The position numbers and the translations under genes are program-made. Below, piece after piece: positions 11,793 to 23,639 of a DNA stretch of 64,000 nucleotides. The DNA is from Rhynchopus sp. YZ270_cl-10 (lineage: Eukaryota): NCBI GenBank assembly GCA_964035575.1, contig OZ037833.1, positions 1,984,001-2,048,000 on the forward strand. The letters run 5' to 3'. How positions within the stretch are numbered: the first letter of the stretch is position 1; each line of letters begins with the position of its first letter. The notes beneath the pieces were generated by a model. It was not told the DNA's origin and made no database searches. It saw only the letters and a list, made by a program, of their open reading frames with translations.

Positions 11793-13151
11793 TTATTGTC
11801 TTCCGTTGCGTTGGAAAAAGTCGTCAAACTTCATGGGTGCGTGCTGTATTGTGGGGTTTTGTGGTTGTTGCAGAATTTTTATGAGATGAGGTGCCTCTTA
11901 CGCCTTGAAAGAGACATACCGACTTGGTGAATCTGTGGTTCGCACCGACAACGGACTGTGCAACGGTGAAGTGCGACTGCTGAAGGGGCAGGGCTGCGTC
12001 CTCTGAGAAGGAACCATTCGCAGTCCGCACAGCCTGCAGCGCCGCTTCCTTACAAAGCTCATGCAGATCGGATCCTGAGTAGCCTTCACATTGCTTAGCA
12101 ATCTGCCGATTTTTTTTTATTGATTTAAATCATTTTGCCGACAATCACCTAACAACAACCCACTAATTAGGTCTGCACTCAATATAGTCCAAAAACCTTT
12201 TTGTACGAAAGGTATAGACGACCTTGACATTCGTTAAATTTGAGTCTTTTTTTCCCCAACCAGAAAAAGGGTTTTGCATACCTTCGCTAACGGAAGCTTT
12301 TTGATTGTTTCTGGGAGAATCGAAGGGTCTTTCCCTAAGGTGATGCGGAGGATCTGCTCTCTTGCCTCTGCATTTGGGAAGTCGACCTTCAACTTGACGG
12401 GCATTCTGCGCAGTGCAGCCTCGTCGATTGCTCCGGGGCGGTTGGTGGCGCCAACGACGACTATGGTTTTGTTGGATGTGGTGAGGCCGTCCCATTCAGT
12501 CATGAAGACCGTTTTGACCAGGTTAAAAGTAGCAGAGGAAGAGGAGTTCGCATCACGGTCACACAAAAGCCCGTCAATCTCATCCACAAAGATGATGGCA
12601 GGTTGCAGCTTGCGTGCCAAAGAAAACACTGCCGCCACATGCTTTTCAGACTCACCCACATATTTCATCAAAAGACTGTCCAAACGGACCTCCAAAAACG
12701 CAGCATTCGCCTCCTTCGCAATCGCCCTCGCAAGCAAAGTCTTCCCAGTCCCCGGTGGTCCATACAATAAAATTCCTTTCGGCGGAGCTCTCAAAGAGCC
12801 TGGAGGATATAAATGTGGTGAAGCTAATGGCGCCACGATGCTTTGCTTTACAGTAAGCTTGGCATGATCGAGCCCGCCAACCTGCGCCAAAGTGTCGGTG
12901 ATGTTCCCGGGGTCGACGATGCAGGAGGCAAGCTGGTTTTCGACGTCGGTGAGAGAGATGATTTTGTTACGCACCTTCCTGCTGTGGCTCTGCTCTAACA
13001 GACCTGCGTCGCGGAGAAGACGGCGATACAGCAGCATCATAACCCCTACCATCACCACGTATAACGGCATGTTCTTGGTGACAACCATCCCTAATAAACG
13101 CACCAAAGGGGTGAAATTGAAGACACGCAACAGCGTGGGCGTAGGCTGCAT
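11793..13151 (-). CDS. ATAD1: Msp1/ATAD1-like membrane-anchored AAA+ ATPase; 3 exons (13151-12282, 12102-11920, 11843-11793)
   Basis: N-terminal TM, Walker A GPPGTGKT, Walker B IIFVDEID, second region of homology ATNRPGAIDEAALRRMP. Intron 12103-12281 joins to the lid motif GYSGSDLHELCKEAA. The last intron, 11844-11919, is less certain. Confidence 0.9.
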
Positions 13152-13308
13152 CTTAGCCGAGCCTCCCCCCCACGAAGCTGGGTTGGGAGTGGCCAGGGTG
13201 CTATCTTATTCTAATTTTTATTTTTTGTGTTTTTTTCTGTATGAGGGTGTATGGGGTCTGTACGGATCAAAAATCGAAAAACAAATTGGGGGAATTAATC
13301 TATTGTTT

Positions 13309-14676
13309 CTATTCTTTACTTTTCCTCCGCCGTCCGCTTCGGGGGCTGGTCCCTACGACACAGCGGAGGAATATAATAAGACAGATCCCTGCTGCAAAGA
13401 GATATTTGTAGAATGTCGTTGTGTCGTCAGGACCTTCATCGAGAAGCGTGGCGGAGACTTCAAGGAGCACTGCATCCCCCGCTGTGGGCGGGGTGTGCGG
13501 GAGCACGGCTTGGGTAGCGTCACCCCCCTCCCCTGGCTGCATGAGAAGCGCTGTGCGGAGCTCCCGCTCTGAGGGACGTCCGATCTTCTCGCTGTATGCA
13601 TGCCGGGTCAGGCCTTTGGCATATTTCTTTGCAATTTTTGCAAAATTATAGCATTTTCGGTCGGTGCTTGCAGTGTTCAAGCCTTTAGGAGCAGAATACA
13701 ACTTTTCCACAAAAAGACCAGAGTGTGCGCTTGATGCATTAAGGGCAGAATGAAAAGTATGTAATGGGCCAAAAGGTGAAGCATTCATGTTGTCTACAAA
13801 GCCCCGTCGTCTTGCCTGATCAAATCCTTTGCGCTCTGCGAAAGACTTCATATCCGGAGCAACACACCACAACCTCGCACAATCCTCATACCCCTCTAAA
13901 GAAACCTTCAACCTCGTCCCATTCGCTCCTTTCCCATATAGCTTTGACATTGCATTCGAAAAGCGCTGTTCGGAAAAGAGGTTTAAGGTGACCCCACCCC
14001 TTTGAAGGACCACCTGCCCACCAAGAAGGTTTTTGTTAAACAACGTTGCCAAGGTTTTGAAGCAGGCGAAACTCACTATTCCACCACAATGCGTGGCGAT
14101 ATGCTGCCCAGACACCACTAAGATATTTCCCTTCAGCTTTCTCCCTCTTCGTAAAGTTGCCTCCTTACAAGAAAAATCATATAAATATTGGTCCGTTGTA
14201 ACCATAACCGGGGAAGGTACGGATTCAAGCCCCGCCTTCGGTGTACACCCAGCGAGAACATCAAAAAGCTCCTTCTTTGCAAACGTTGTTGCCAAACTAA
14301 AGGTGTACAAATCCACAGTAGGAGACACCACAAACGACTCTGTATCATGCAGTAACGTACCGTTTATCCCAATGGTATTGAGTTCAAGCTTCCGTGCAAG
14401 GGTTAGAACTTCGTGCATAGGTATTGGAATATCAGGTTCAACGGTATCAGGCTCCGCAGGGATAAATCCTACATCGTGAATGATGACTCTGTTAGGAGGT
14501 TCGGTGTGTTGAGTGGCCGCTCGGAGCTCCCAGTCAACCATTCTGCAGACCCCTGCATCGACCAATCCATTATTATACACCGCAAAAAGCTTGATTATAA
14601 GAAAAAGCGCAGTCAAAGACACTACTACCGCACGCCTCTCTTCAGAGCTCCCTAAAAGAAGTTGGGTGCGCTTCAT
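13309..14676 (-). CDS. Hypothetical ~455-aa protein with N- and C-terminal TM helices
   Basis: Long ORF with probable start MKRTQLLLG at 14676, since the upstream part of the ORF call is poly-A/T noise. Hydrophobic AVVVSLTALFLIIKLFAVY near the start and YLFAAGICLIIFLRCVV plus a basic tail at the end. No domain recognised. Confidence 0.8.
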   Translation of the reverse strand: MKRTQLLLGSSEERRAVVVSLTALFLIIKLFAVYNNGLVDAGVCRMVDWELRAATQHTEPPNRVIIHDVGFIPAEPDTVEPDIPIPMHEVLTLARKLELNTIGINGTLLHDTESFVVSPTVDLYTFSLATTFAKKELFDVLAGCTPKAGLESVPSPVMVTTDQYLYDFSCKEATLRRGRKLKGNILVVSGQHIATHCGGIVSFACFKTLATLFNKNLLGGQVVLQRGGVTLNLFSEQRFSNAMSKLYGKGANGTRLKVSLEGYEDCARLWCVAPDMKSFAERKGFDQARRRGFVDNMNASPFGPLHTFHSALNASSAHSGLFVEKLYSAPKGLNTASTDRKCYNFAKIAKKYAKGLTRHAYSEKIGRPSERELRTALLMQPGEGGDATQAVLPHTPPTAGDAVLLEVSATLLDEGPDDTTTFYKYLFAAGICLIIFLRCVVGTSPRSGRRRKSKE

Positions 14677-15204
14677 TATTCCATTTTTTTTTGGGTGCCT
14701 TTTTTCCTTTTCCTGAACAAAAAAGATGGTGTTTTGAGAAGGGGAGGGAAGAAACAAAAATATTCGCTTTTTTTTTTTGGGAATTTGTAAACTTAACAAA
14801 AAAGAGGACACGATATGTTGGTGTTTTTTTTTCTGCATGGTAGTGTGGTACCGCAAGGAGATAGACCCTCCCTCCTCCCACTATGCTGTGTGTGTTGAAA
14901 AGAGAGAAAGAGGTGATAGGAGGTGTCATAAAACTCTGGTCTGACTCTTTTTCCCCAAAAAGATTTTTACCCTTCCCCCCCGTTTGGGAGGTCGAAGTTA
15001 AAGGCACATTCTTCCCCCCTCCCCCACCCTATATTGTCCAGCCAAGAACCCCTTTGGAACCTCATCTTTCTTTGGGGATTTGAAAAGGCGGTGCACAAAA
15101 AAAGGGGGGGTGGTTCTCATCTGTCTACTTAAAGTCACCTGAAGGAGTGACCTCTCCTTTTAGAAAGGGAAAACGGGAAAGGGTGGTACAAAGCTATAGG
15201 GTAT

Positions 15205-15299
15205 CCCCTAAGCATAGAAGGCGAATACACATTCGCCCTATATTCGGATCCGAATGTAGGGTGAATACGAAATCCGCCTTCTAGGTATGCCTAAGGGGG
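15205..15299. repeat. ~95-bp imperfect palindrome (MITE-like foldback)
   Basis: CCCCTAAGCATAGAAGGCG..ATTCGCCCTATATTCG-GATC-CGAATGTAGGGTGAAT..CGCCTTCTA..AGGGG, centred on GGATCC at 15246-15251. Confidence 0.7.
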
Positions 15300-15548
15300 T
15301 GTGTCAGCACGCGGAGGAGGGGAGGGTGTGTTCTGATCTTTCGCCTCTAAGCGCGTGGGGGGGTGACCGCGAACTAGGCTACTCAGACCCGTTGGTGGTG
15401 GTGGTGGTGGTGGTGGTGGAGGAGAATGAGGAGGGAATATGCAGTACACCTAAAAAGACTCATAAGCGTTTCGTTCTCTTTTTTTTCTTCTTTTTTTTTT
15501 TTCGGTTGCGTTTACTTCGATGTACAAAAAATATAAAAAAATAATAGG

Positions 15549-15685
15549 TGGTGTTCCCGAAAGGGCCCATATTGACAGGTCCTTGACACAAGGTTTACAG
15601 GGGAAAATGACACACCCCCCCCCCCTATATTGACATGTCCTTGACATGTCGTTGACATGTCCCCGACAGCAGATCGGTAACACCA
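15549..15685. mobile_element. MITE with TGGTGTT...AACACCA ends and 5-bp TSD
   Basis: TSD ATAGG at 15544-15548 and 15686-15690, with internal TTGACATGTCC repeats. A related copy lies inverted at 19492-19560. Confidence 0.85.
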
Positions 15686-16161
15686 ATAGGGAATCACAAA
15701 AGGTTGAGCACCTAAGCCTCTCATGCTAAAGCCCATCAATGGGAGTAAGGGAGGGAAAAAAAAAACTGCACCACGGTAAAACTCTCATTGAAAACCTCCG
15801 TGGCTCGAACGTAAGGAAACGTAAACAATACACTACAATTCCTGCTCCTTTTTTTTCTACCCCAAAAAAGGCCCGATTTTCATATTTTTTTCTCCTTCAA
15901 GGGAATGTCTCGACGCTTTGCACCGACTTCTTTCGATGCTGAGGTGTCGCGAGAAGGTCTCTAACATAGGCGGGTGGTGAGGGGTTGCGCTTTCTGGACC
16001 GAGCGTTCTGTTGATTGTGGTGTGCGTTGTGGGGGGATTTCAGGCTGAACATCAAAGTAGAGTTGAAATACAAAGCCCTCTCGTCTTTTGATAAATTTGT
16101 TGGAAGAATTTGTTAGAATTACCACCTTCGTGCAATTTTTCACTTTCACTTAAAAAATTAA

Positions 16162-17568
16162 CCCTTTACGGACCACGACCGATTTTTTCGATTTGCTAGG
16201 ATCTTCTCTCCCGTAGGTAAAATGTGATCTGATGCATATTTTTGATCGTACCTGGCCGCAATTGAAAGATTTTGAGCAGATCTTTCAAATGGAGCAGAAA
16301 TCGAAATAAAATGAGAAAAATGGAAAATGGAAAATTGAGGAGAGCTGATATTTTTTTCTGAAAATTTTGAAGAAAAAAATTATTCCGGCTGCGCACCTGT
16401 TTTTTCGGTTTTCGAAAATGGCTTTATTTGAAAGATCGGTTCAAAATCTTTCAAAAGAAAAAAAAATCGATCAAAAAGTCCTAGTAGATAATGTCTCACT
16501 GCATGGAGAGAAGGTACCAACCAACTACATATACCGTAATTGTACAGAGGTTGGACAGTACAAAAGTTGGGGCTTTTGGGACTTTTGGCCAACTTGGCAT
16601 GGTGCTGAACAAAGGTGAACGCCGCATCCCACGCACATGTAATCTGTTTTCAGACGCCTGTTTCCCAAGCAAGAAGAAGTTGTCGACCAACACCCTCCTG
16701 CCAGTGTCTCTGTACCTTGACCGTGTTGATATAGATTTTGTACCCCTCCCTGTGGCTTTCCGTACCCTCCCGCCGAAATTTCGAAGGGACCCTCCGAAAA
16801 AAATTTTTTTGGTCGCGAAAATCGGTCCAAAAACGGTCTAGATTGCCCCATGCGTGGCATTCCGGGCAATTTGAGGGCAATTTGGCGTGCAAGAGCCATG
16901 TGTGGGGCACCATGTGCCCCCATGCTGCACCCCTTATACAGGGTTTTTACAGGCAAAAAATGAAAAATGACAGTCGGGCACAAAAAGCCACGGATCGGGG
17001 CACAAAGTTACATCCCACCCTCCCTTGGCCCTCGGGACTCCTTTCGGGAGGTCAGGGCTTCCCTCGGGCCTTCGGCCCTCGGGGAGCCCTGACCTCCCTC
17101 AAGGGTCCCTCGGGCTTTGGCGGGAGGGAGGGAAATAACCATTCTGTACAATGTTCCTCAAAAGACAAAATGCAATAAATACACGGAGAAGAGGCACATC
17201 CAGTTCAGGGTCAGGAACTGCAACTACGCGTGTTACTTTGCCCAGTCGCGGGTATTTTCCATTATTTTAGTTTCGTTCTGAAGACCGTACAAAATGGTTC
17301 CCTGCACACCAAAGTTTGAATCCTCTGATGACTCAAGCGCGTCAGAATGGTACATTATTCCCCAAAAATGACCCAAAATACCCTATTATGTGATAATGCC
17401 GGGTGTGCATGAGAGGGGATGAGAGCGTCAAAAAAAATCGAATCTTGCGTCTTTTGAAAGATTTCGCACAAAATCTTCTCATTTAAAAAAAAAATCTTCA
17501 AAAAGTCCTAGTGGAAGCCAATTTAGGTGGTTGCGTGGACATATATGTCCCCTCTGGTCCTTAAAGGG
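16162..17568. mobile_element. Non-autonomous piggyBac-like element (1407 bp)
   Basis: TTAA|CCCTTTACGGACC ... GGTCCTTAAAGGG|TTAA, giving a 12/13 TIR and TTAA TSD. No transposase ORF. Confidence 0.9.
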
Positions 17569-17705
17569 TTAAGTTGAAATACAAAGCCCTCTCATGGCAG
17601 TGTACCTCAAAAGGCTAGAATATACACAGGGTAAAAACCAAGGTAGATTTGGCATTTCAAAAACGGAGGGTTTTTTTACCCCCCACCGATGTGACTGTAT
17701 AAGGT

Positions 17706-18983
17706 TCACTTCATCCCTGGGGCGATACAAAGAAACGGTACCTTGATAATAGTGCTCGCATCCTGTGTTGATGCGGCTGTGAGCCGTGCCCGTCTTTGCT
17801 CGCGTTTTTGTTGCTGCACCTTCATGAATACATCACGCGGGAGGTACGACGCTGCCTGCGTTGGGATGGAGCTGCCGAAGGCCGCAACTCTGTTGTTCCC
17901 TCTGCCCCTTTGTTTAAGCATATCTGCCATACCGGGAACGTCATATGCTTGTACTCTGTGTTGTGATTTTTTTTTTTTTAAAAATTGTTGGAACAGTGTA
18001 AGCTCCCTTAAACTTTTTTTTTTTTGATATTTTTACAATACATACTGTGTAACAGGCTCTTTGGTTGCAGGTATGCGTGCAGACCGCGACCGCATTGAAC
18101 CGCCCGAATTGGACGCTTTGATCATCTTCCCCGCAATAGAATTTGGGTCGAGTTTGCCTACCACTGTACAGCGTTTTACAGACTCTGGCGGGGGCGACAT
18201 GGTTTGTGGACGCGAGGCGACACCTCCGTAGCGCGTTGTATCAGGCCCGGTCACGCTTTTATCACGCGAGAGCGCGCGAATCTCGGAATACTCTGTGACA
18301 ACAGTACCATAGGCACGGGTGGGGTGCTTGGGTGTAAGCGAACGACGTGGCTTAGACGAGGAGCGCGTTCCTGACATAGAAGGGGCAGTGAAAACAGAGG
18401 GGCTCGCGACAGAGGGCCGCCCCACGCTTTGTGATGCCATACGCGACGGAGATGTGGTCCGTCCCCTTGCATGAACCTGCATAACCGTTGCGGCATTCAA
18501 ATCTACAGCGCGTCCACCCATCAAAGGCCTCGGTACATTCGTTTGTGGTGTCGGGATGACGCTAGAAAGATGCTCGGCCCGCTTCAACAAAGTGTTCACA
18601 ATGGCGCTTGCAGATTCTCCTCTGGTTGTTAAGAGATTTGCGTAAAACACATCATCATGAGTCAAATGCGTTAAAGACTCCAACTCACTTACCCGCAAAT
18701 CCAACGGATCTCCCCTCATCTTCGCCTCCGTCCCCGCCTCTGTGATCAACTCCTGTATTCGCTGAGGGATCCTTGCATAAAGGCGGAGAACGTCCTCAGG
18801 AATGACAGGGTCTTCAGAACGTGTATCCGCGCTTTGTACCCTGCGGAACTCTGAATGGTCCACTTCAGCATCCGAGTGATAGTTCACAGAAACGACACTC
18901 TCCACAAACGGGTCAGCCGGAATTGAAATCGACTCAACAATCCCCACATCAACATCAATTGGGTCCACTACTTCGAGAGACAT
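17706..18983 (-). CDS. Hypothetical Ser/Arg/Pro-rich protein; 2 exons (18983-18046, 17955-17706)
   Basis: Intron 17956-18045 (GTATGT..CACAG, 90 nt) fuses the 316-aa and 74-aa ORFs in frame (..EPVTQ|VQAYDVPGMADML..). A polypyrimidine tract and AG lie upstream. The exact 3' end is uncertain. Confidence 0.8.
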
Positions 18984-19491
18984 CGTGGAAGGGTTGCTAT
19001 TTCTCCTCCCTATGTGGGGTGTAGGGGAGTGCAGGGGAGGAGGAGGGAGGAGGGAGAGAAAAAAAAATGGAGGATTTTGTTTGATTTTTTTTTTTGTTTG
19101 CTATAAAAAATTTGCCCGCCTCAAAAAAAGATTGTAAGGCGGGCGTCTTTTTTCAGAGAAGGGGTTGTATTGCCTTTTTAGGGCAGCCTTTTTTTTTGCT
19201 TAAAACGTCTATTTCGCATTGAGGGAGGAAATGCGCATACCAACGATAAAACTGAGACACAAAAAGAAAGCTACTCAAAAAAGAAAAGAAAAGAAAAACG
19301 TATAAAAAATATAAAGCGTTTTATCCTGCAGAACCACACAATATAAGTGTGGATTTTTTTTTTTGCTTTAGTTGGATAGTGTGATTCCTTCTGACAGAGA
19401 AAAAAAAAACTACAGGAAAAAAAAAAGTTTCAACCACGGCAACTAAGCGAAATATCGCTTCCGTAAAAATATATATTTTTTTTTTTAAAGC

Positions 19492-19560
19492 TGGTGTTTA
19501 CGGAAATCGGTCAACGACCTGTCAGCGACCTGTCAATATCGAACCCCTACAGGAACACCA
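19492..19560. mobile_element. Short TGGTG...CACCA MITE copy
   Basis: Same termini and internal repeat as 15549-15685, in the opposite orientation. AAAGC flanks both sides, offset by 2 A on the right. Confidence 0.7.
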
Positions 19561-20718
19561 AAAAAGCACACACATTGAAAATAAAATAAAAAATAAAACG
19601 TTCCTTCTTTTTGTACTGGGGGGGGGGTGACCAGATTCCGATGGCAAACAAAGAAAAGTTTATAAGATGACCCTAAACCTCGTGCTTAGTCACCTAAACG
19701 AATTGTTCGCTCAAGGAAAAAGGGTGGGGTTTTAAATGCACTACCCACACATTGTTTCACTACAAAAAAAAACAGACAAACCGGATGACCGAAGTATGAT
19801 GTACCTATCATAATCTAATCTTGGCATTCCCCAGGATTAGTAGGCCAACATATTTACACGGTAATCAAATCAAAGTGTCCCAGCTCTTCGTTCAGAATAA
19901 TGCACAAGCCCTCAAACTTGCCATTAATTACCTTTTCTTCGCGTTAGGGTTGTTGATCAACGATTAGCTGTTCCTTGTGTGGGTCGGTTGTACTTTTTTT
20001 GATAAATTGTTGGAGTAGTGTAGTTGCCTCGGTAGTGTTGCCACAGTTGTGCAATCTCCACTGTGTGTTGTTTCGTTTTGATATTCTGTTCAGCCCCGCC
20101 AGTATTTAAAGTTTTGTTAGGTGACCCTGAAACTGTTGGATCAGTGTAGCTTCCGCGCAAGTCTGCACTGTCCAGGATTCGCTTCTTATTTGTATCGACA
20201 ACCGCATCCCCACCGAAGTTCTGCAATCAAACGTCACTCAAAAGTGTTTGAGGAAGCCCAACGGGCAATTCCTTTTGAAAAAAAAAAAAATAGCCTCGTT
20301 TCTTGGTGTGCGTTTTTTATTATTTCTATTGATCGTTAGTTGGTTTAGTGTGTACAGCTGCCATTCAGAGAGAGTTTTCACCAGAAAAACTACTCTTTAA
20401 AAAAAAAACTTTGTATAGGTCCCACAGAACGGTTTGGTGTGTGGAAATAACAAAAAAAGTTGACTTCAAATAAAACAAAACAAAAAAAAACTTGAAAATA
20501 TGAATGGCCTCTCATGCACGTACATGAAAACTAAAACAACAGATCATCGTTTCTATTTCCTGCCAAGAAACTTGATTAAAAAAAACAAAAATAACAAAAA
20601 AGAAGAAAGAAGAAAGAAGAAAGCAACTGTCCACATTTAAGACCAAGAAGCATTTAAAAAAAAAAAAAATGAAAGTGCCAAAACACCAAAATTTATTTCA
20701 GTGACTCTGAGAAAAATA

Positions 20719-20977
20719 TATATGGCACGGTCCAAAAAATCCCCCTAAAAGGTAACCTGAAATAAATTGATGGTAAAAACGATGACATGGACTCTACCAC
20801 CAGAGTTTCCCTCGGCTTCGACCTATGCAGGCCACATGTCAGTATAACATGTGCAAGTGTGTGTTCTGTACAGAGAATAACACGTACTAACACGTGCCAC
20901 ATGTCATTATGTCATGGTATTCTGACATGAGGCATCGTATAGGTTACCTTTTAGGGGGGTTTTGGACGTCCCATATA
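20719..20977. mobile_element. MITE with ~40-bp imperfect TIRs in a TA context
   Basis: TATATGG..CCCCCTAAAAGGTAACCT at the left end and AGGTTACCTTTTAGGGGG..CCATATA at the right. Further inverted ACATGTCAG/CTGACATG inside. Confidence 0.7.
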
Positions 20978-21236
20978 AACCCCCTTCTCCAGTACCTACT
21001 GGAATTTTTTTTAAAAAATATACCTTGCCCGCCGTTCCATAATCAACTCGGCACGATATGGAGAACCCCAGACAGGGCAAACCCATACACAAATTTTAAA
21101 AAGAAAAAAAAAATGGTAAGATGAGCCTCAGCCTCTCGTGCTCGGTCACCTAGAGTCACCTTGATAAAAAAAAAGGGGTGTTCGTCAACAATTACCCCAC
21201 CCATCCCCACCCCCCTTTGTTTGTTTTTGTTTTTGT

Positions 21237-22107
21237 CAGTGGTCGCGCTAATTATGGGAAAAAATGGGGGAAAAATGGATTTCGGGTACGGAAAAACGTT
21301 CCTTGAAAAGGTTAGCTGGGGAGGCCCGGAAACCCCGTTTTGTGGCATTTCCGGGCCAATCCCGGCTTGTGGTGGGGTATATACGGAAAAATGGACAAAA
21401 TTTTAGTGACTTAAATTTTCGCAAAATATGAACCCATACTCGTAAACAAGGGTCATTTTCAGGAAAATTCGGAAAATTCCGAGATTTGGAAGCAATTTTT
21501 CTCCTGAAAATCAGTGGGTTTTCAGCCCCAAAACATACCGCGATTGGAATTTCCGGAATCCGTCCGCACTGTGGTGGGGTCACTTTGCCGAAATGGCCAA
21601 TTTTTTGGTTTTGGTCAAAATCCATGTGGGTAAAGAGGGCCAAGGTAAATCCCACAACCAGATTTTCTCTCCCTGATCCTGACGTCTTGCAACATGAAAA
21701 TGCGCGAAAACACCGGCATTTGCATTTCCGGAATCCGTCCGTTCTGTGGCGGGGTCAATTTGCCGAAATGGACAAGTTCTTGGTTTTGGTCAAACCCCGT
21801 CAGTGTAAGGTAAAGGGGGCAAGTGTTTGCCTGTAGAAACTGGTAGGGAACAAGAAGCGCCGCAGGCGCACGGTAACCAACTTTTTTTTTTTCTCTTTTC
21901 TTTTTTCTCCTCTTTCTTTTGACTTCCGAGCCAATTGCATTCCACGGCGGGGTCACATGTATATGCAAGTCCACTATGTGGTGGTCTTACTCAACAATAT
22001 TAGAACTTCTGGTTTCTTAATGAAATCCCCGTACTGCAAAAAAAAAACGTTCCTACCAAAACCCCCAAAAATCCCGGGATGAGGGATGGACTTTAGCGCG
22101 AGCTCTG
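21237..22107. mobile_element. Non-autonomous hAT element (871 bp)
   Basis: TIR CAGTGGTCGCGCTAA / TTAGCGCGAGCTCTG (13/15). Perfect 8-bp TSD GTTTTTGT at 21229-21236 and 22108-22115. Confidence 0.9.
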
Positions 22108-23607
22108 GTTTTTGTTTTTTTTTTTTTTTTTTTTGTGTTTTTTTTTTTTTTTTTTTTTTTGTTTGTTTTTTGTTTTTTTTTTGATTTTTATATCTTTTTT
22201 TTTGATTTAGCATTCGTTTGATTATGTATTGGTGTTGACTTGATTTCACTCCGCGCTTTTTTTTTTTTTTTTCCCCTCCAAAAATGCAACCTTTAGTGGC
22301 CCTTTTTGCTCTTTATTTTTTTTGTCTCAACAACGATGGGACCTGTCGAAAGACAGATCATTTTCTGACAACAAAGCACAAACCTGGCGTCTCCCCCCCC
22401 CAGAGAAAAGTCGTGCTTTCTTCTAACAGAACCTGTGAAACAGGAAATCTTTTGCACCCCTCTGACATTCCTTCTAAATACTATAGCACAATATTGCACT
22501 ATCTGAGTCAAGTGGTGATACCACCACAGTTTTTCTCAACAGAATTCTGCATCACCCTCAAAGATCAACTACCGTTGAAGAAAAACTACCCAGAAGAGGG
22601 GGCAAGACTACACGATTTCTCCCCACAAAAAAAAAAAAAAAAAAGGTGAGATTTATTCATGGGTGTTCCTAAGACGGAATACGAATACCACTTTTGGGAT
22701 CGTGCACTTTTTTTTCTACAGGGATTCCCTTAGGGAAGAAAAAAAAGAGCAGACGGGTAACTAAGAGACTTTAGAACGGTCATTTTCACTGAGTGAGGTG
22801 CCCGTGAACTGGGATGGAATGAAACAACACAAAAAAGACATTTTTCTCCTTGTAGGACGAACCCCCAAATAAAATTTTCGCCTCCGGCGGACACCCCCTT
22901 TCCTCCACTGTGTACTGTGTACTGTGCAGTTATGCAGCCACGCCAATTTTTTTTATAGTACCCCCGCTGAACGCTCGGGTTACCAAAAATTCAAATAAGA
23001 CCAGTTTTGGGGTGTTTTGACCCTGTTTTTGACCCCCAAAGGGGAAGCCCACCCAAAGAAAAATAGTGGAATACGGACCCGATTTTTCCCTGAAAACCCC
23101 CGGAATACGGAACACCCATGGATTTATTGAGAAGCCAGATTTTTTGATTTGTTGTCCGATTCGTTCAATTTGTACGTGTGTTTTTTTCTTCTCCTTCGAC
23201 AATCATCTACCGAAGCAGGGATTTTTATTGAAAGTGGTGGAAGTGTGGTGTAGTGTGTGAGGAGGGGAGGGGAGGGGGAAGGTGGGTGGGGGAGAGCGGG
23301 AAGGGAAGACAATTGAATGGTCGAAAATACGACACAGATACCTCAAAAAAGAACTTGAAAGACGGATATGCCTATGTGCACATGTCTAAAAGCTTTAAAG
23401 GCCCATACTGCCTCCAAGGGACAAGCAAAGTACCAAAAAAAAAAGGGGGGGAGGAGGAGGGAGTGGGTGAGAGGGGACAACCTCGTTCCTATAATACAAG
23501 ACATACCGAAGGAAAAATAGTTTTTTTTATAAAAAAAGCCTTTCTAGGCTTTTAATTGGTTCATTCTCACTCCAGGAAGTTGTGCACCCTCACACAGATT
23601 ATTATTG

Positions 23608-23639
<32 letters not shown>
